Shown: piece after piece, positions 34,525 to 47,937 of the stretch
How the letters are laid out: every line of letters starts with the position of its first letter
How positions within the stretch are numbered: position 1 is the first letter of the stretch
Assembly: GCA_965644295.1 (NCBI GenBank)
Contig: CBFFRP010000107.1
Location: 29,560-93,559, forward strand
Direction: 5' to 3'
DNA length: 64,000 nt
From: Paraphysomonas bandaiensis
Lineage: Eukaryota; Protista; Chrysophyceae
Made by a program: the position numbers and the translations under genes
The notes under the pieces: model-generated
Told to the model about the DNA's origin: nothing
Seen by the model: the letters and a program-made list of their open reading frames with translations, nothing else
Database searches by the model: none

Positions 34525-37435
34525 ATGTTCTCTTTTATTGTTTGTATATTCCTCACAGTTATCTGTGCGGGAGATGCAGTATCCGGTGAAGGGGTCAGTA
34601 GAAGCCGTATGCTATCTGGTGATTTTGCAGAAAAGTCTGAAACTCTTATTGTGTTTATGTTCGCGGGATTGACTCTTGGGGCTTTCGTGACTCATGTTTT
34701 ATCCCGATTGAAAATTGGTTTGCCTTACACAGTTGTTGTGTTCTTTTTGGGGTGTATGCTTTCCTTGATAATTGACTCTGATGTCGATTTGGGGCACGTC
34801 GAAGAATCAATTCGATCTTGGAAAAAGATTGACCCCGAGTTGCTCTTATATCTCTTCTTGCCGGCGCTATTGTTTGGGGAGGCTATGTCACTGAAATGGT
34901 AGGTGTATGGAGAGGATCGAACGTTTTAATGATAACTTTTTTGCATGAAATGTTTAGGTATCACGTCAAAGCGGTGTTCTCACAAGCATTGATTCTAGCT
35001 GGACCGGGTGTCTTGATCGGAGCTTATCTGATGGCCTTGATTTTGTACTTTTGTTTTCCACTGAATTGGCCCTGGTACCTGTGTATGGTTTTCGGGTCCA
35101 TTGTTGCTGCCACTGATCCTGTCGCTGTTGTTGCTTTACTGAAAAACGCTGGTGCCTCTCCGAAACTGACCATTCTCATCATTGGAGAGTCACTCATGAA
35201 CGATGGCACTGCAATGGTTCTTTTTACTTTGTACTATAACCTAATGAAAGGTGACAAGTATGATGCTGGTGAGGTCATTGAGTTCTTTCTAGCAGAGGTT
35301 CTTGGCGCACCTTTGTTGGGTATAGCTTTTGGTCTTTTATCCGTATACTGGTTGAGCCTTGCCAACAACCCTCTGAACAGTGAAGATATGACCATTCAGA
35401 TAGGCATTACCGTATGTTGTGCATATCTGACTTTCTTCGTGGCACAGTATGAATGCGAAGTCAGTGGTGTGCTGGCGTGTGTGTCTGCTGGTATTATGTT
35501 TGCTTGGATGTCACCACCGTTGATTCTCGAACATGAAACCATGCACAGTGTGTGGGGGTTCATTGAATGGGTAGGCAATACCATAATTTTTTTATTGGCC
35601 GGGGTTATTATTGGCGGATCAAAGGAAGAGGCACACATATCTAGCATGGACTGGCTGTACTGTCTGCTGCTGTATATTGCCCTTATGATTGTACGCTGCC
35701 TCGACATCGCAGTTATCTTCCCTTTTCTGAGTAGAGTGGGACTGCGATGTGATGAGAAGGATGCAAAATTCATGGCATGGGCAGGACTTAGAGGTAATCG
35801 TGGATTTCTGTGTTGTGGCACATATGATTTCATACATCGCAGGTGCCCTTGCGGTGGCATTAAGTTTGATAATATACGCTGACTACGAGGAGTTGGGTAT
35901 ATCACAAGGTGATGCCGACAAGGTCTTTTTCTATGTCGGGGGAATTGCTGCGTTGACTCTACTCGTCAATGCAACCACCGCCCAAGCATTGCTTTCTTAT
36001 CTAGGTGCACTGCTGTTGCTTGTTGTGTATGTAGTATATCGATAACTCTATTCTTTAGGTTTGCTCAAAGAAGATAATAACGCACATGCTCTCAGTACGC
36101 AAAACAACCTTCGTAATCGAATTCGCACGAATCTTCTTGACGACGTAATGAATTTGGATGTGGATAAGTAAGCGTAATCACAAATAATGTACCTTTGTTG
36201 ATATTCTGTCCTTGTAGATATTCGGCAAATTTCAAAATTGATAGTTCCTCTATCATCCAGTACAACTCCTTATTATCTAATTTCGACCAGGACACCCGAC
36301 AGGACAGTGTAGCCATTAAAGAGGGTCTGACAGAGATGCTTCGTGGAGAGGAGCTCGGGGATGGGGGTATGCTTTTTCTTTCAGCTGTTGGTGTGTGGTG
36401 ATGATGTACAAACATTCTGTAGATGATGTGTACAACGTCGAGATGCTCGCCTATTATCGAACCATGTTTCTGGAGAGTATTCGAGTAAAGTATTGGAAGT
36501 TCATTGCTGACTCCAAGCTTCCCCGTGAGGCACCTGTCACGCAGACCCTATTGTACTCGATTGACAGTGCGAGTCGACGTGTGCGCACCCAGGGTAGGCG
36601 TGACTGGTTCTTCTTAGTTAAAGAAATGGAACTGAGCCCGTGGTTGTTAAATATCATTGAAAGAGCGGGCTCAATTTTTCCCGAGTGGGCAGGGTGGTTG
36701 AAGGATGTGCTGACGATGAGGAACCTATATTTCAAAGTTTACGTTTTGCTTTGCTTTATTGATGCGCATGAGTACGCGGAAAAGAAATTTACAGAGATGA
36801 TGCGCACTACGTCAGAGGAATGTTGGGATGGCTCCAGCATACACATTATACTTGAACAAAAAAAGGTTTTATCGGACTCAAAAGAGTCGGTGAGTAGTTC
36901 TGAGCTGTACAATTCACTTAAGATTAAATGATACAATCTATAGGTGGAGTGCGCAAAAGAGATGCTGATGTCGCTAGATACTGACGTTGTGTCTGGGTAG
37001 GTACCATATCTTTTAATTTTCTAGTCCTGCTGACGTGAAATGTTTAACTCTTGCAGTATAATTGTTCAGCAAAGCTCGCGCATTCTGCTTGCAAGACAGA
37101 CTGCGTATGTACGCGAACTGGTACACGAAGGTGTTAAATGTTGCTCTTTGCTACATCTTTTTTACTCGTCTTTAGGTTTGATGAAGCCAAAAGACGCTGA
37201 CAAGTTTTTCGACACTATTGCCGCTGATTCGAGCAAGCTGGATAAAGCCCAATTGAACCTTTTCAAGTAAGTGCTTCTTATGTGTTTGATATCTATTTCA
37301 TGTAGTCATTGTTGTTGCAGAGATCACGTCAAACTTTCTACAGAAAAGCGCCAGTCACTTTGTATGAATCCTATCAGTGCCTCCGCCTCGAAAACTTCAT
37401 TGGATTCGGAAAATGTTGAAAATGATTCGCTGTGA
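34525..37435 (+). CDS. CPA1 Na+/H+ exchanger, SOS1/NHX7-like; multi-exon
   Basis: FLPALLF, ATDPVAVVALL, IIGESLMNDGTA, SGVL and WAGLRGA motifs, plus a cytosolic tail. Confidence 0.92.
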
Positions 37436-39087
37436 TGTAGTAATGCTAGGATTATGGTATTCGTATTAATATAGAGTACTCGGAATTAGTATCTGTTATG
37501 ACCTCGAGATATTAGGGAGTAAAGTCTCCAGATTGGTATTTCGAACGATGTAGTTTTATTACTACTGTCTTGTTGGATATGATAAGTAGTTGTAAGTTTA
37601 TAACGTGTTCTGTCTATGACGCACACTAGTAGCTGTAATTTCATCTACCAGGCATAAAAATGACATTACGACGTCGTGTGATACCCGGGGTTGAATACCC
37701 TGGGAAAATCAAATCAGGGTTGTTGACTTCATTGCTTCACTTGCTATACCAATATAATGTATCAGTATAACTCATGATCAATGTATCAGGGAAGGAGATA
37801 CGTTCAGTGTTTCGTTGTGTGTGTAATATAGTGTACAGTATATTGTTATCTAGCTTCCCAATAATAAATAATAATATCCATGGCTAAACGTATATTGCAG
37901 AAACACAATATCAATATATTGTGGACGTTGTGCTGGTGTAGAGTTCCCACAAAATAACGTTGAGTAAGTTATCAGTATGAAAGGGTTATTATATATTCAA
38001 AAGAACAGATACGGCTTCAGGTGTGAACGATACAAATACATAGATACAGGAAATGATGCCAGACACGTGAAGACCCATCACAAACGTCCAACCACATGAA
38101 CTCAGTGCCTAGTTGTATAGGGCACTACAACTAGCTCGGTATTCTTATCCTCATTTTAACCCATTTCTGATCCTCCCATCTGCACAAAGTCATTATACTT
38201 TTAAATGTGATCACTCCTTGGATTTTCCAGATATTCCTATCAGTAATTAGCGATGGTAGCATTCTGTTGGATTGATACAGCGCAACGTAATTACACTACT
38301 AGACTATACGGGCAGCTCCATACTCTGCACTGTTAGTCCTCAGCGTTCTAACTGCGATGATGTGAACAATAATATCGACATACTGAAGAATTTGACCAAT
38401 GACAACAGATGAAAATAACAACCCGAATAAAGTTTCAATACGAAACAGAAACACAAACGCTGAATACAATATGACACATACGCTGAAATGAGACATATAC
38501 AGATGCACAGGCACCCTCATAGGATTGCTGATGCCTGATCCGGTAAATCCGAAGGCTGTCGTTATGGCCTGTAGTCGTATTCGTTAGTTTGGTGCATTAG
38601 TGTATGTAGCGGTATGTTTTATACCATAGCTATAATCACATAACAGTCTGCGGTGCCTCTGAGGAGTAATACAGTGTATCCAGTAAACAGGCCGAAGAGA
38701 GATGCTAACATTCCTCGACCACACATACATGGTGCAACAAAGTCATCATCATCGGAATTAGACGACATCTAGACGATTAGATTGCATCCATGTGTCGTGT
38801 GTTGGCATTGCATTGCACAGTGATACAACTCAACTGTTCGCTCCTCCTAATTCCAGGCATTATCTCAGGGAGCTTATATAAATCAGGGATTTTAGTCATA
38901 AAAATCAAAACCTGAGTTTTTTTTATGTCAGTTCGTACACTTGTATACTGCTGTATAGTGGTGGAAATTGTTGGTACGAGGATGGTGTCTAGATGTGTGA
39001 TTGCCAGCTGTGTCAACACACTGCAATGGTCTGAGAAGTTTGATATATAGATTGAGAATAAAGTGAACAATGTACTGAATATCGACC

Positions 39088-41340
39088 ATGTTTCCAGCTC
39101 TATTTCATCGTTCTTCTATTAGATTTAGTGTTAACGGTTATATTTCACGTTATTGTAGTCATCATACAAATGAAAAACTTCAACTTTTATCAAATTCTTT
39201 GAAATTTCTTGTGAAGTATAAAAAGAATGATCGTAAGGCAATTGATCGTATAGCATACACAATATCAAAAAGAAGAAGTATTGTAATAGTACGTGAATTT
39301 GTGTCTTCATGTAATTCATGTGGTGTGTTGTTGTCATATGATGGTATATGCAGCATAGCCAGTGCAGTGAGATCCAGTCCATATATATCCCCACATATAT
39401 ATATATCCTCATTATCTGATCTTCAGAGATATATTCATCATCCAACTGGTGCAACTCATCTTGTTCAAGCTTTTAGTGATCATCTTCATAATAGTTCCGC
39501 TCAGTTGTCTCTCGAGGCCATATGCGTCACACTCCACTCACTGTGTGTACATACAGACATACGGGCTGTTAAGTTACACAAATATATAGCTAATCAGCTC
39601 TTAACTAACACTGAAGAGGTCACCTCGACCTCTATTACATCACTACTCTATGGGCTCCGTGGAATGAGCAGTGAGTATGAAGAGGTTCGAGAGTTATTAC
39701 GAGCCATGACACAGAAGATATCACCATATAGAGGTGATGTAGATGGTGAGGGGATAGGTAATGCTCTATTTGGTCTCCGTGGTATGTCAAGTGAGTATGC
39801 AGAAGTACGAGAGTTGCTGCGTGTCGTTTCACAGAAAGTGTCATCTTCTCATGCCACTCTAAATGGGCAGGGTGTTGGAGGTGCTCTGTTTGGTCTCCGA
39901 GGTATGTCCAGTAAGTATGTCGAGGTACGAGAGTTGCTGGGTGCCCTTACAGAGAAAGTATCTTCTTCTGGTAGTGATCTCGATGGGAGGAATATTCGTA
40001 GTGCTCTGTATGGTCTCCGTGGTATGTCGAGTGAGTATGTTGAGGTGCGGAAGTTAATAGGATCCTTGTCTGAGAGGGTAGCATCATCAAGTGGCAACTT
40101 AGATAGTCAAAATATTTGTGGAGCTCTGTACGGTCTCCGTGGTATGTCAAGTGAGTATGTGGAAGTGCGAGTGTTATTACGTTCCTTGACTGAGAAGATG
40201 TCATCTTCTGGTAACAATCTAAACGGTCATGATATAAGTAGTTCTCTGTATGGCCTCCGTGGTATGTCGAGTAAATATGCAGAGGTACGGGAATTGTTTC
40301 GTGTCCTTTCACAGAAAGTGTTATCATCTAGTGCCAATCTAAGTGGTCAGGGTATAAGTAACGCTCTCTATGGTCTCCGTGGTATGTCTAGTGAGTATGT
40401 TGAAGTACGGGAAATGTTGCATGCCTTGTCAGAGAAGATATCATCATCTAGTTGTGATCTAGGCGGTCAGGGTATTGGTAGTGCTCTTTACGGTCTCCGA
40501 GGTATGTCTAGTGCGTATATTGAGGTACGAGAGTTGGTGGGTGCCCTTACACAGAAGGTGTCATCTTCTGGTTGCGATTTAGACAGTCAGGCTATAAGTA
40601 ATGCTCTGTATGGTCTCCGTGGTATGTCGAGTGACCATGTTGAGGTACGGGAGTTGTTGAGCGCCCTTGCAAAGAAGGTGTCATCTTCTCGTGCCACTCT
40701 AAATGGGCAGGGTATTGGTAATGCTCTGTACGGTCTCCGTGGTATGTCAACTGAGTATGTAGAGGTACGGGAGTTATTGCGTGCCCTTTCACAGAAGGTG
40801 TCATCGTCAAGTGGCAATTTGGATTGTCAAAATATTGGTAATTCTCTGTATGGTCTCCGTGGTATGTCAAGTGAGTATGTGGAGGTACGAGAGTTGCTGC
40901 GTGCCCTTTCACAGAAAGTGTCATCTTCTCGTGCCACTCTAAATGGGCAGGGTATTGGTATTTCTCTCTATGGTCTCCAAGGCATGTCGAGTAAGTATAT
41001 TGAGGTACAAGAGTTGCTGGGTGCCCTTACACAAAAGGTGTCAGCTTCTAGTTGCGATTTAGACAGTCAGGCTATAAGTAATGCTCTGTATGGTCTCCGC
41101 GGTATGTCGAGTGAGTGTGTTGAGGTGCGGGAAATGCTGCGTGCTCTTACAGAGAAGGTGGTATCTTCTTGTCGTGATTTTGACAGTCAGGCGGTTGGTA
41201 ATGCTCTTAATAGTATCCGTGGAATGTCGAGTGAGTATATTGAGGTACGGGAGTTATTGGGTGCTCTTACACAGAAGCTGCCATCTTCTAGTGACAACTT
41301 AGATGGCCAAAGTAGTGATTGTGTTTTGCAAAAGGCATAA
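39088..41340 (+). CDS. Helical-repeat protein with 14 tandem 40-aa repeats (OPR/HPR-like), possible organellar RNA-binding protein
   Basis: 750-aa intronless ORF with exact 120-bp periodicity (GG[A/T/C]ATG at 39661..41221). Consensus xxLxGQxIxNALYGLRGMSSEYVEVRELLxALxxKVSSSx; N-terminus resembles a mitochondrial presequence. Confidence 0.88.
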   Translation: MFPALFHRSSIRFSVNGYISRYCSHHTNEKLQLLSNSLKFLVKYKKNDRKAIDRIAYTISKRRSIVIVREFVSSCNSCGVLLSYDGICSIASAVRSSPYISPHIYISSLSDLQRYIHHPTGATHLVQAFSDHLHNSSAQLSLEAICVTLHSLCVHTDIRAVKLHKYIANQLLTNTEEVTSTSITSLLYGLRGMSSEYEEVRELLRAMTQKISPYRGDVDGEGIGNALFGLRGMSSEYAEVRELLRVVSQKVSSSHATLNGQGVGGALFGLRGMSSKYVEVRELLGALTEKVSSSGSDLDGRNIRSALYGLRGMSSEYVEVRKLIGSLSERVASSSGNLDSQNICGALYGLRGMSSEYVEVRVLLRSLTEKMSSSGNNLNGHDISSSLYGLRGMSSKYAEVRELFRVLSQKVLSSSANLSGQGISNALYGLRGMSSEYVEVREMLHALSEKISSSSCDLGGQGIGSALYGLRGMSSAYIEVRELVGALTQKVSSSGCDLDSQAISNALYGLRGMSSDHVEVRELLSALAKKVSSSRATLNGQGIGNALYGLRGMSTEYVEVRELLRALSQKVSSSSGNLDCQNIGNSLYGLRGMSSEYVEVRELLRALSQKVSSSRATLNGQGIGISLYGLQGMSSKYIEVQELLGALTQKVSASSCDLDSQAISNALYGLRGMSSECVEVREMLRALTEKVVSSCRDFDSQAVGNALNSIRGMSSEYIEVRELLGALTQKLPSSSDNLDGQSSDCVLQKA

Positions 41341-41636
41341 TGAATTAGGACCATGTTCGCTGTTGCATAGATTATTTTATATTTTTAATTTTCCTAGAAG
41401 AAGTGCTTTGCAATGAGTGATACGAAGTCATTGTAGAAAATCTATTCAGTAAAGACTGATGTAAATTAAAGTGATGTGAGTTTGACTGGTGGGTATACGA
41501 TAAACAGGTTTAATAACGGCAATAATTTTATTTTTAACGATGGTATGAAATAATTTTATTTTGGTTGCAGCAAATAAAAAGGGCTGTCACAAGTGAAAAA
41601 GACAAAGAGTACACTATAAGACAACAAGAAATAAGC

Positions 41637-41755
41637 AAGATATATTATTCAACCTAGTCAAATTGCTTGAATTTCCTAGTTATTATTTGGTATAAAAATC
41701 TAGTCAAAGCAATAAATGACTCAACCTAGCCAATTATAGTATTAAACCTAGTCAT
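41637..41755 (+). mobile_element. Solo left TIR of the MULE-like family
   Basis: AGATATATTATTCAACCTAGTCAAATTG..CTAGTCAAAGCAATAAATGACTCAACCTAG closely matches 6074-6195. No partner TIR found. Confidence 0.75.
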
Positions 41756-42189
41756 GAATTGTACTCGCATATAGCTACGCATTACAGAAGCATGAGGTCA
41801 TAGCAGGTGAAGTAGTACCAATGCAACATACATCAGGTCAAAACAAAGCTAAAGAGCGGTATATAGCAGCATATAGGTATATAGGCAGGACTCCATCGCT
41901 CTCTCCAATGCTGAAAATAGTGTTCTTGTCCTTTTCTTATCTTTGAATTTATATATATAGCAAGCAAGTCACTGAGTTCAAACGGACCAAAAGCAAGTGA
42001 CATAAACCTGAATTCACAAATAACACAACTCATACAAGAAGTAAAGACGAATTAGACAATAGTATTCTGTAAGATGATAGCAGTTGAAGAAGTAAAATTT
42101 TAATATCACATCTATTGTTTCATTACTTTTAAGTGCGAGTTAAATATAATAAACTCACCACCCTCAAGAACGTTGTTGTCGCACCTTTA

Positions 42190-42623
42190 CGTGGTGTTCT
42201 GGGGGAGGAATTTCTTCGGGAAACTAACATGAGCCCGCTAATAGCCAAATAAATGCTTGTGTGGTACAAGGGACACTAATATAAGAAGTCCTTATGTAGA
42301 CGTCTTTGGGTCCTAGTTTTGTTATGAATAAACGGACACCCGGGAACGGGCCCACCTCAAGGACATCCGGGGTATTGTTGGGCTACCTGCTGAAGTCAAG
42401 CATCCGGGCTGTTCGACATCCGGGGTATTGTTGGGCTACCTGCTGAAGTCAAGCATCCGGGCTGTTCACCTTAAGTCATCAGATGTCAGGTATATCAACA
42501 TTCGCTTTTGATCACTGTTTGCTTTTTGAGTGATAATGCGAAAGTGGTTGCGCCTTGGAGCTTGTGGTGACGTACAAGCAGCTTTCGTAGAGTTAAATAG
42601 TAGGATATAATATATTAGAGTTA
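42190..42623 (+). repeat. Family X, longest copy, with an internal perfect 53-bp tandem duplication (42362-42414 / 42415-42467)
   Basis: Contains all blocks seen in the other three copies. Confidence 0.85.
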
Positions 42624-43588
42624 AGCACTAGTCAGTTAATTTCAATGCTAAATTAGTTCTGTCCCTTAAGCGCCTACTGCTAATAATTAATAGTAAGACA
42701 GTCACTTCTAATAAACGCATCTAAAGTTCCTCTATATTATGTTAGAGTGTTCTCTGATAAAATCCCAAGTATCAGAAATAGATGTATTCGTTCTTCATAT
42801 TCTGAGAGAAAATAAATATTAGTTGTACAAAATAAAGTATTACTTAACTGGTAAATGTAAATATACCTTCGACTATGATGATGGAGTGACGATCACTCAG
42901 TGACCTAATACAACTTCTACATCATAGTTGAGTTGTAAATAATTTTAACATATATATATCTTATGTTCTCATGTTTTGGTGAAAGTTACTCGGATATCTA
43001 TAGAGTACACAGTACACAATTCAAGGATTCTTTATTATCCACAACAACTTTAGTATCAGTCAATAATATTGGTGTTTGTCGATGATACTGTGTTGCTGTA
43101 TGTGCAGACTCCTAGAATACATCCTAACCTACAATGGATTAACTGCCAGCCTCACGCAGCTATACCTGATTCATACTTTTCCACACTGCCTACTTTCGAA
43201 CTTCCCACCAGCTACAAAACTAGCTACATCAATATCTATATTCACGGCGTAAACTAGCTATTTATGTGGTCATAAAGCGATATTCGTACTCGATAAAAGG
43301 CTATCTACCATATCTAATTGTGTCATAACTTCAAGAAGGCATAGCAGGGAAATCTCCACCACAAAATTCTTTCCAGATTGAGCCCATTCTGTCGGTATTG
43401 TCTCCACAGAAGAAGAGATATAGACCGCCCAAAATCAACTCTTGAATCCTTCATGTATCTTCCGGCATTAATCCACTGACATCGTAATCTCTACCTAGCT
43501 ACAGCTAACTAATGACCACAAGAAGCACTACCACAACTTTCAGTGGAGTATTGAGTCCAGCAAACGATATCGTTACCGATGACCATTG

Positions 43589-46500
43589 TTATGGGCAGAA
43601 AGGCATAGGGGGTAATTCGAACACGTCATGAAGCCTCCTGACGGCACCCTCATCCATCCTGCCCACAAGTCTGTTCCACTGCGCTCCCGGTGCTCCGCTG
43701 GCACCTGTATCACCGCCATGGGCCCTCACCGCCAGGAGAATATCCCGTAACCCCCTCGCTACATCGGGAACTCCCGGTAGGCGGTCCCATGAAGCGCAAG
43801 CAAGAACAAATTGCTCTATTGCAACCGTATCTTCCAAAAGCACATGTGGGCTCACATTGAGCACTGCCACAAGCCCACTGAAGGCTTGATCTCTCTCAGA
43901 GGAGTACTGAACCAGCTTAAGTGCTCTGCACCAGGAATGGAGGCAGTCCGGAGACATCACAGGGCTGCCAACTTCGCTCCCAACTTCTCTTGCGCAAGTC
44001 ATGCAAATCCTACCAAGAGCAATAGCAAGATTTTGCTTTAGAGCAACTGGGGCCCCATCCTCCCAAACCACACCCGCACCAGCGAGACTGGAAGCCGGAC
44101 TGACAGTCTGTACAAGCAGTAATGCAACGTGTTTCGCAAGTATAGGTCCAATTTGCGCACAGGCCTGGCCCAGAGCCAGACAAATCTCACCAAGAGACCA
44201 CACTGCATTGTTGGCCACAAGCGGCCATTGCACAGCGGCACGGGGCTCCATGTGCACAAGGCAAACCTGTACAATGTATGCCACCCCCGGAGGAATGTCA
44301 GATGGATGAATGGCGAGGTTTACTCCAGTATCCGATCTTGTTGGCGGAGAAGGAAGGGATATGGATGTTGGAGTGCAAAATACGGATACGCACTCACCTT
44401 TGCTCACTAAGTCACCTAAGAGAGAAAACGCGGACTGACGAACATCTGTACCAAGCCATTAGACATCTAGGTGAGTGAGAAAGAATACAATACACTCACC
44501 AGCGCTGCTCTCGTCACATAGGCAAAGAAGGAGCTGTTGTATCATAACCTCTTGCGCCTCCGAATTCTCCCCAGCAGCAGGACGAGACCCAAGTGCCACT
44601 GGTGCGAATGACCCTTCCAGGGCTTCAGTAACACCACTCAACACGTCCAGACTACACATAATGTAGTCCTTGTTAGGTAGCTCTAGGGAAGTGCTATCAC
44701 CGCGTTGCTCTCTAGCCGCCTGCTCCTGATAGGCCCCGATTACGACCCCGATGAGTCGTAGACAAGTCTGAGTGATTTCCGCGGCGTAGGGAGCAATGTC
44801 TCGTCCAACAGCAGGAGCAACACTTGTAATACACTCCATGATCGGAAATACGTAGGGGTTGAGTACAAATGATCCTGCTTCAATACTTTGTGACATGCCC
44901 GTTAATTGAGACGATCCCAGAGCCATAAAGAACTTCTGGAGCAATGCGGGCAAGAAAAGTGCAGAGTAGGATTTCGAAGGGTCATCCCTGCGGTAATTGG
45001 TGCACTCGTCAGATAGAGTATCATTACAAATAAAGTATTTACCCTTCTCGTGATTGAAGCGTAAACGGCCCCATCGAGTCACAAAGAGTGGCCAGAGTGT
45101 CGCACAATAAGAGTGTATTCTTAACACCGTAAAAGCTGAACGCCTGCTCAATGTGCTTCAATATGTCAGGTAAACAAACATCTAAAATGTTAATACTCTC
45201 CTCCCCAGCCCTAAGAAATTAGCTGTCACACACCACAAATTATACCTAATGTTGGCCATACCTCGACGGTACAGGACAGGCAGAACTTTCAAATATTGCA
45301 CATAAAGCAGCGCAGACCGCAGCCTGCAATTTAGTTATTTTTTGTACCATGGCCGTCAACAAGCAAGACAGTATCTCCTTCTGTGTTTCTACACGGGCAA
45401 AGGTCTGCTCCTCATCTGAACAGTCGAACCAAAAGTAGCTATATCGACCTATTACCCACGCGCTGACACATCGAAGCTCTGGTGGGCATTCAGTTCCACC
45501 CATTCTATCGGATATACTGGCCAACAAAAAGGGGAGGATACTGGGAAGAAACGGAGCCATTTCATCCATGCATCCTCGGCTGAGGGCACCCAAACCGAGC
45601 ACTCCAGCTTCAACTACCCACACGTCCCCACTACTAAGATTCTGCTGCAGTACAGGCAGAGCAAGTGCTAGAGTGATATCTGTCGGCACTGCACATGAAA
45701 TACAGTCAAGTACTCGGGCGGACTCCTTTCGGAGAGTCCACAGCATTGAACCCCCCCCACCGTCGCCTCCTTCCTCGCCTTCCTCGTCGCTTCTGCTGGA
45801 GCGAGTATTGTAGTGAATGGGTTTAAAGTTGATCTCCTTCTCGCCACTATCTTCTGCTTCCTCTTCCGTTCTATCGAATTCAATCTGCGTCTCCGTTATC
45901 AACGAATCTATTGCAACGTGCATAGCATACCTGTGCTGCAGTCAGCCCAAGGCGTGAAATCAGGTTAGGGATAAGGGCGGCCAATATGCTATTGGCATTG
46001 TCCGCGGAAGAGATTGATAGTGAGGGGCCACCAACAGGAGAATTATTAGGAGTATGCGATGCCGCGCCTGTGGCGGTCATGTGTTGATCTATGAGGAAGT
46101 TGCATCCGTCTATACTCTCCACAAGCACCCACCAGAACTCACAAGCTTCCATCGCAACTGCCTCCTCCTAGGCACAAAGCGATATTAGAATAGCAGTACT
46201 TACAATAGTATGTACATAAGACGTACCTGATCCATCACAGCCCGAATCATAAAGGTGCATATGTCGAGCATTAGAGGGGCCAGCATAGCCAACTGGAATG
46301 ATGTCAGGAGAACAATCGCCTGGCACACTGCTCGACGCACAGGCGCGCTAAAGTCTGAGGCAAGAGCAGCAAGATGGGAAAGGAAGGCGTCCATATGTGT
46401 GATAAGAGCACACGGAGTAGATCCAGAAGCACGTCTGGTGTCTCTGTCAGTTGCCTCGTCTTGCACTCCATCACGCTCTGCAGCAGGTATAAGAAATATG

Positions 46501-47165
46501 AGAGAGTTGAGACTCTCCAAGGCTTTAAGACGGAAAGTAGTTTCATTTGAGTTTAGAAGCTTCAACAAGACGGGTACGATAAACTCGAGTGGACGGCGAA
46601 CCGTATCCATGTTCAGTTTTTCACAGGCATCTTCACACATCCGTTGTGTGGCATGCAGGGCGCCATCGATGCGCACAGGATCATCTGACTGCAACATATT
46701 CAACAAAGATTCAATCATGTCTGCCCAATTGTCAATGGAAAAGGCGTCGCATATTCGTCCGACTAATATCCCAGCCGTACTCCGGATTTTATGAAGTGGG
46801 TCAACAAGAGCTCGTAGAATTTCTTCTTTTACTACTTGAAATACATTCGCTGGAAGTTCTCCAAAATGTGGAAACACATAGTTTTTTACAATAAGACCAG
46901 CGAGTTGGCGAATATCAGTGGACAATCCATCATACTTTCCACCCTGAGAAAATATTTCAAGTAAATGCAAGACGAATGTAGGGTTCGCAGTGTCTGATTG
47001 GAGAGCAGCCAGTGCGTTCTGGTGGTCTCCGCGTGTGGGATCTCGTAGAGCCTGTATACATATACATATCAACACACATATGATGAATTATTATCTTACA
47101 TTGAGCATAAGAGCCACTTGCTCTAAGGCAGAGGGATCAGGAGACCATTGTCGAGTCTCCGTCAT
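43589..47165 (-). CDS. TNPO1: Transportin-1 (importin beta-2/Kap104 family); multi-exon
   Basis: N-terminal QWSPD, IBN_N-like RQLAGLIVKN, EACEFW, acidic loop followed by WTLRKESARVLD, VANNAVWSLGEI and NLAIALGRI. Confidence 0.88.
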
Positions 47166-47937
47166 AGATAATCGTCTTCTTCTCAATGCAGATTATCTAT
47201 CAGATATATACGAGAGAGAGGCTCAATCAGAGGGCATTAATATATCCAGTATTCAACCACTGTTACTGGGTCCATGCAGGATATTTCTATTCCATATGTC
47301 GATGATGATGTGCAGTGTAGAGCTATGGAGAGTGATATTCCTGGTATGTATGTATATATGACACATACAGTGATCATCTGCATGTGCTCTCCTACATACA
47401 TACATACACATACATACATGCCCCTATGCAGACATACATACATTAGCAACCCAAAAATGAGTGAATGATATTTGCTGTTCTGCTGCTGTGTGTAGAGTGT
47501 GTAGAGGGGTGTCCATGGTGACATATACAACATGATATTAACGGGTTACGTGTTGCCGTTACGGACATAGTTTTTAGTGATATGAAGTTTGTGTATAACG
47601 TCAAGACGTATATATATGTATGCAGCACCCGGTACATGTACACAGGTACAGCGGTATGTACAGCGCTATATATGGACATGTACATATAGATGGTACGTCG
47701 TCAACACACTGCTCTATGAGTGTATGTATGCATGTATATACAGCGTACTGTACCATAAACACGCTCATACACAGAGGGACGGTCTGATGGTTGTTGACTC
47801 ATAAGATATTCTCCATATGCTCCTGAAGCGGCATAGTGTTCATATTCATATATATATCATGCAGTATGCATCGAATGAACTGGAAGCAGGACACTGTTAG
47901 TAAACACATATACATACATACATAGATACATAGAGTG

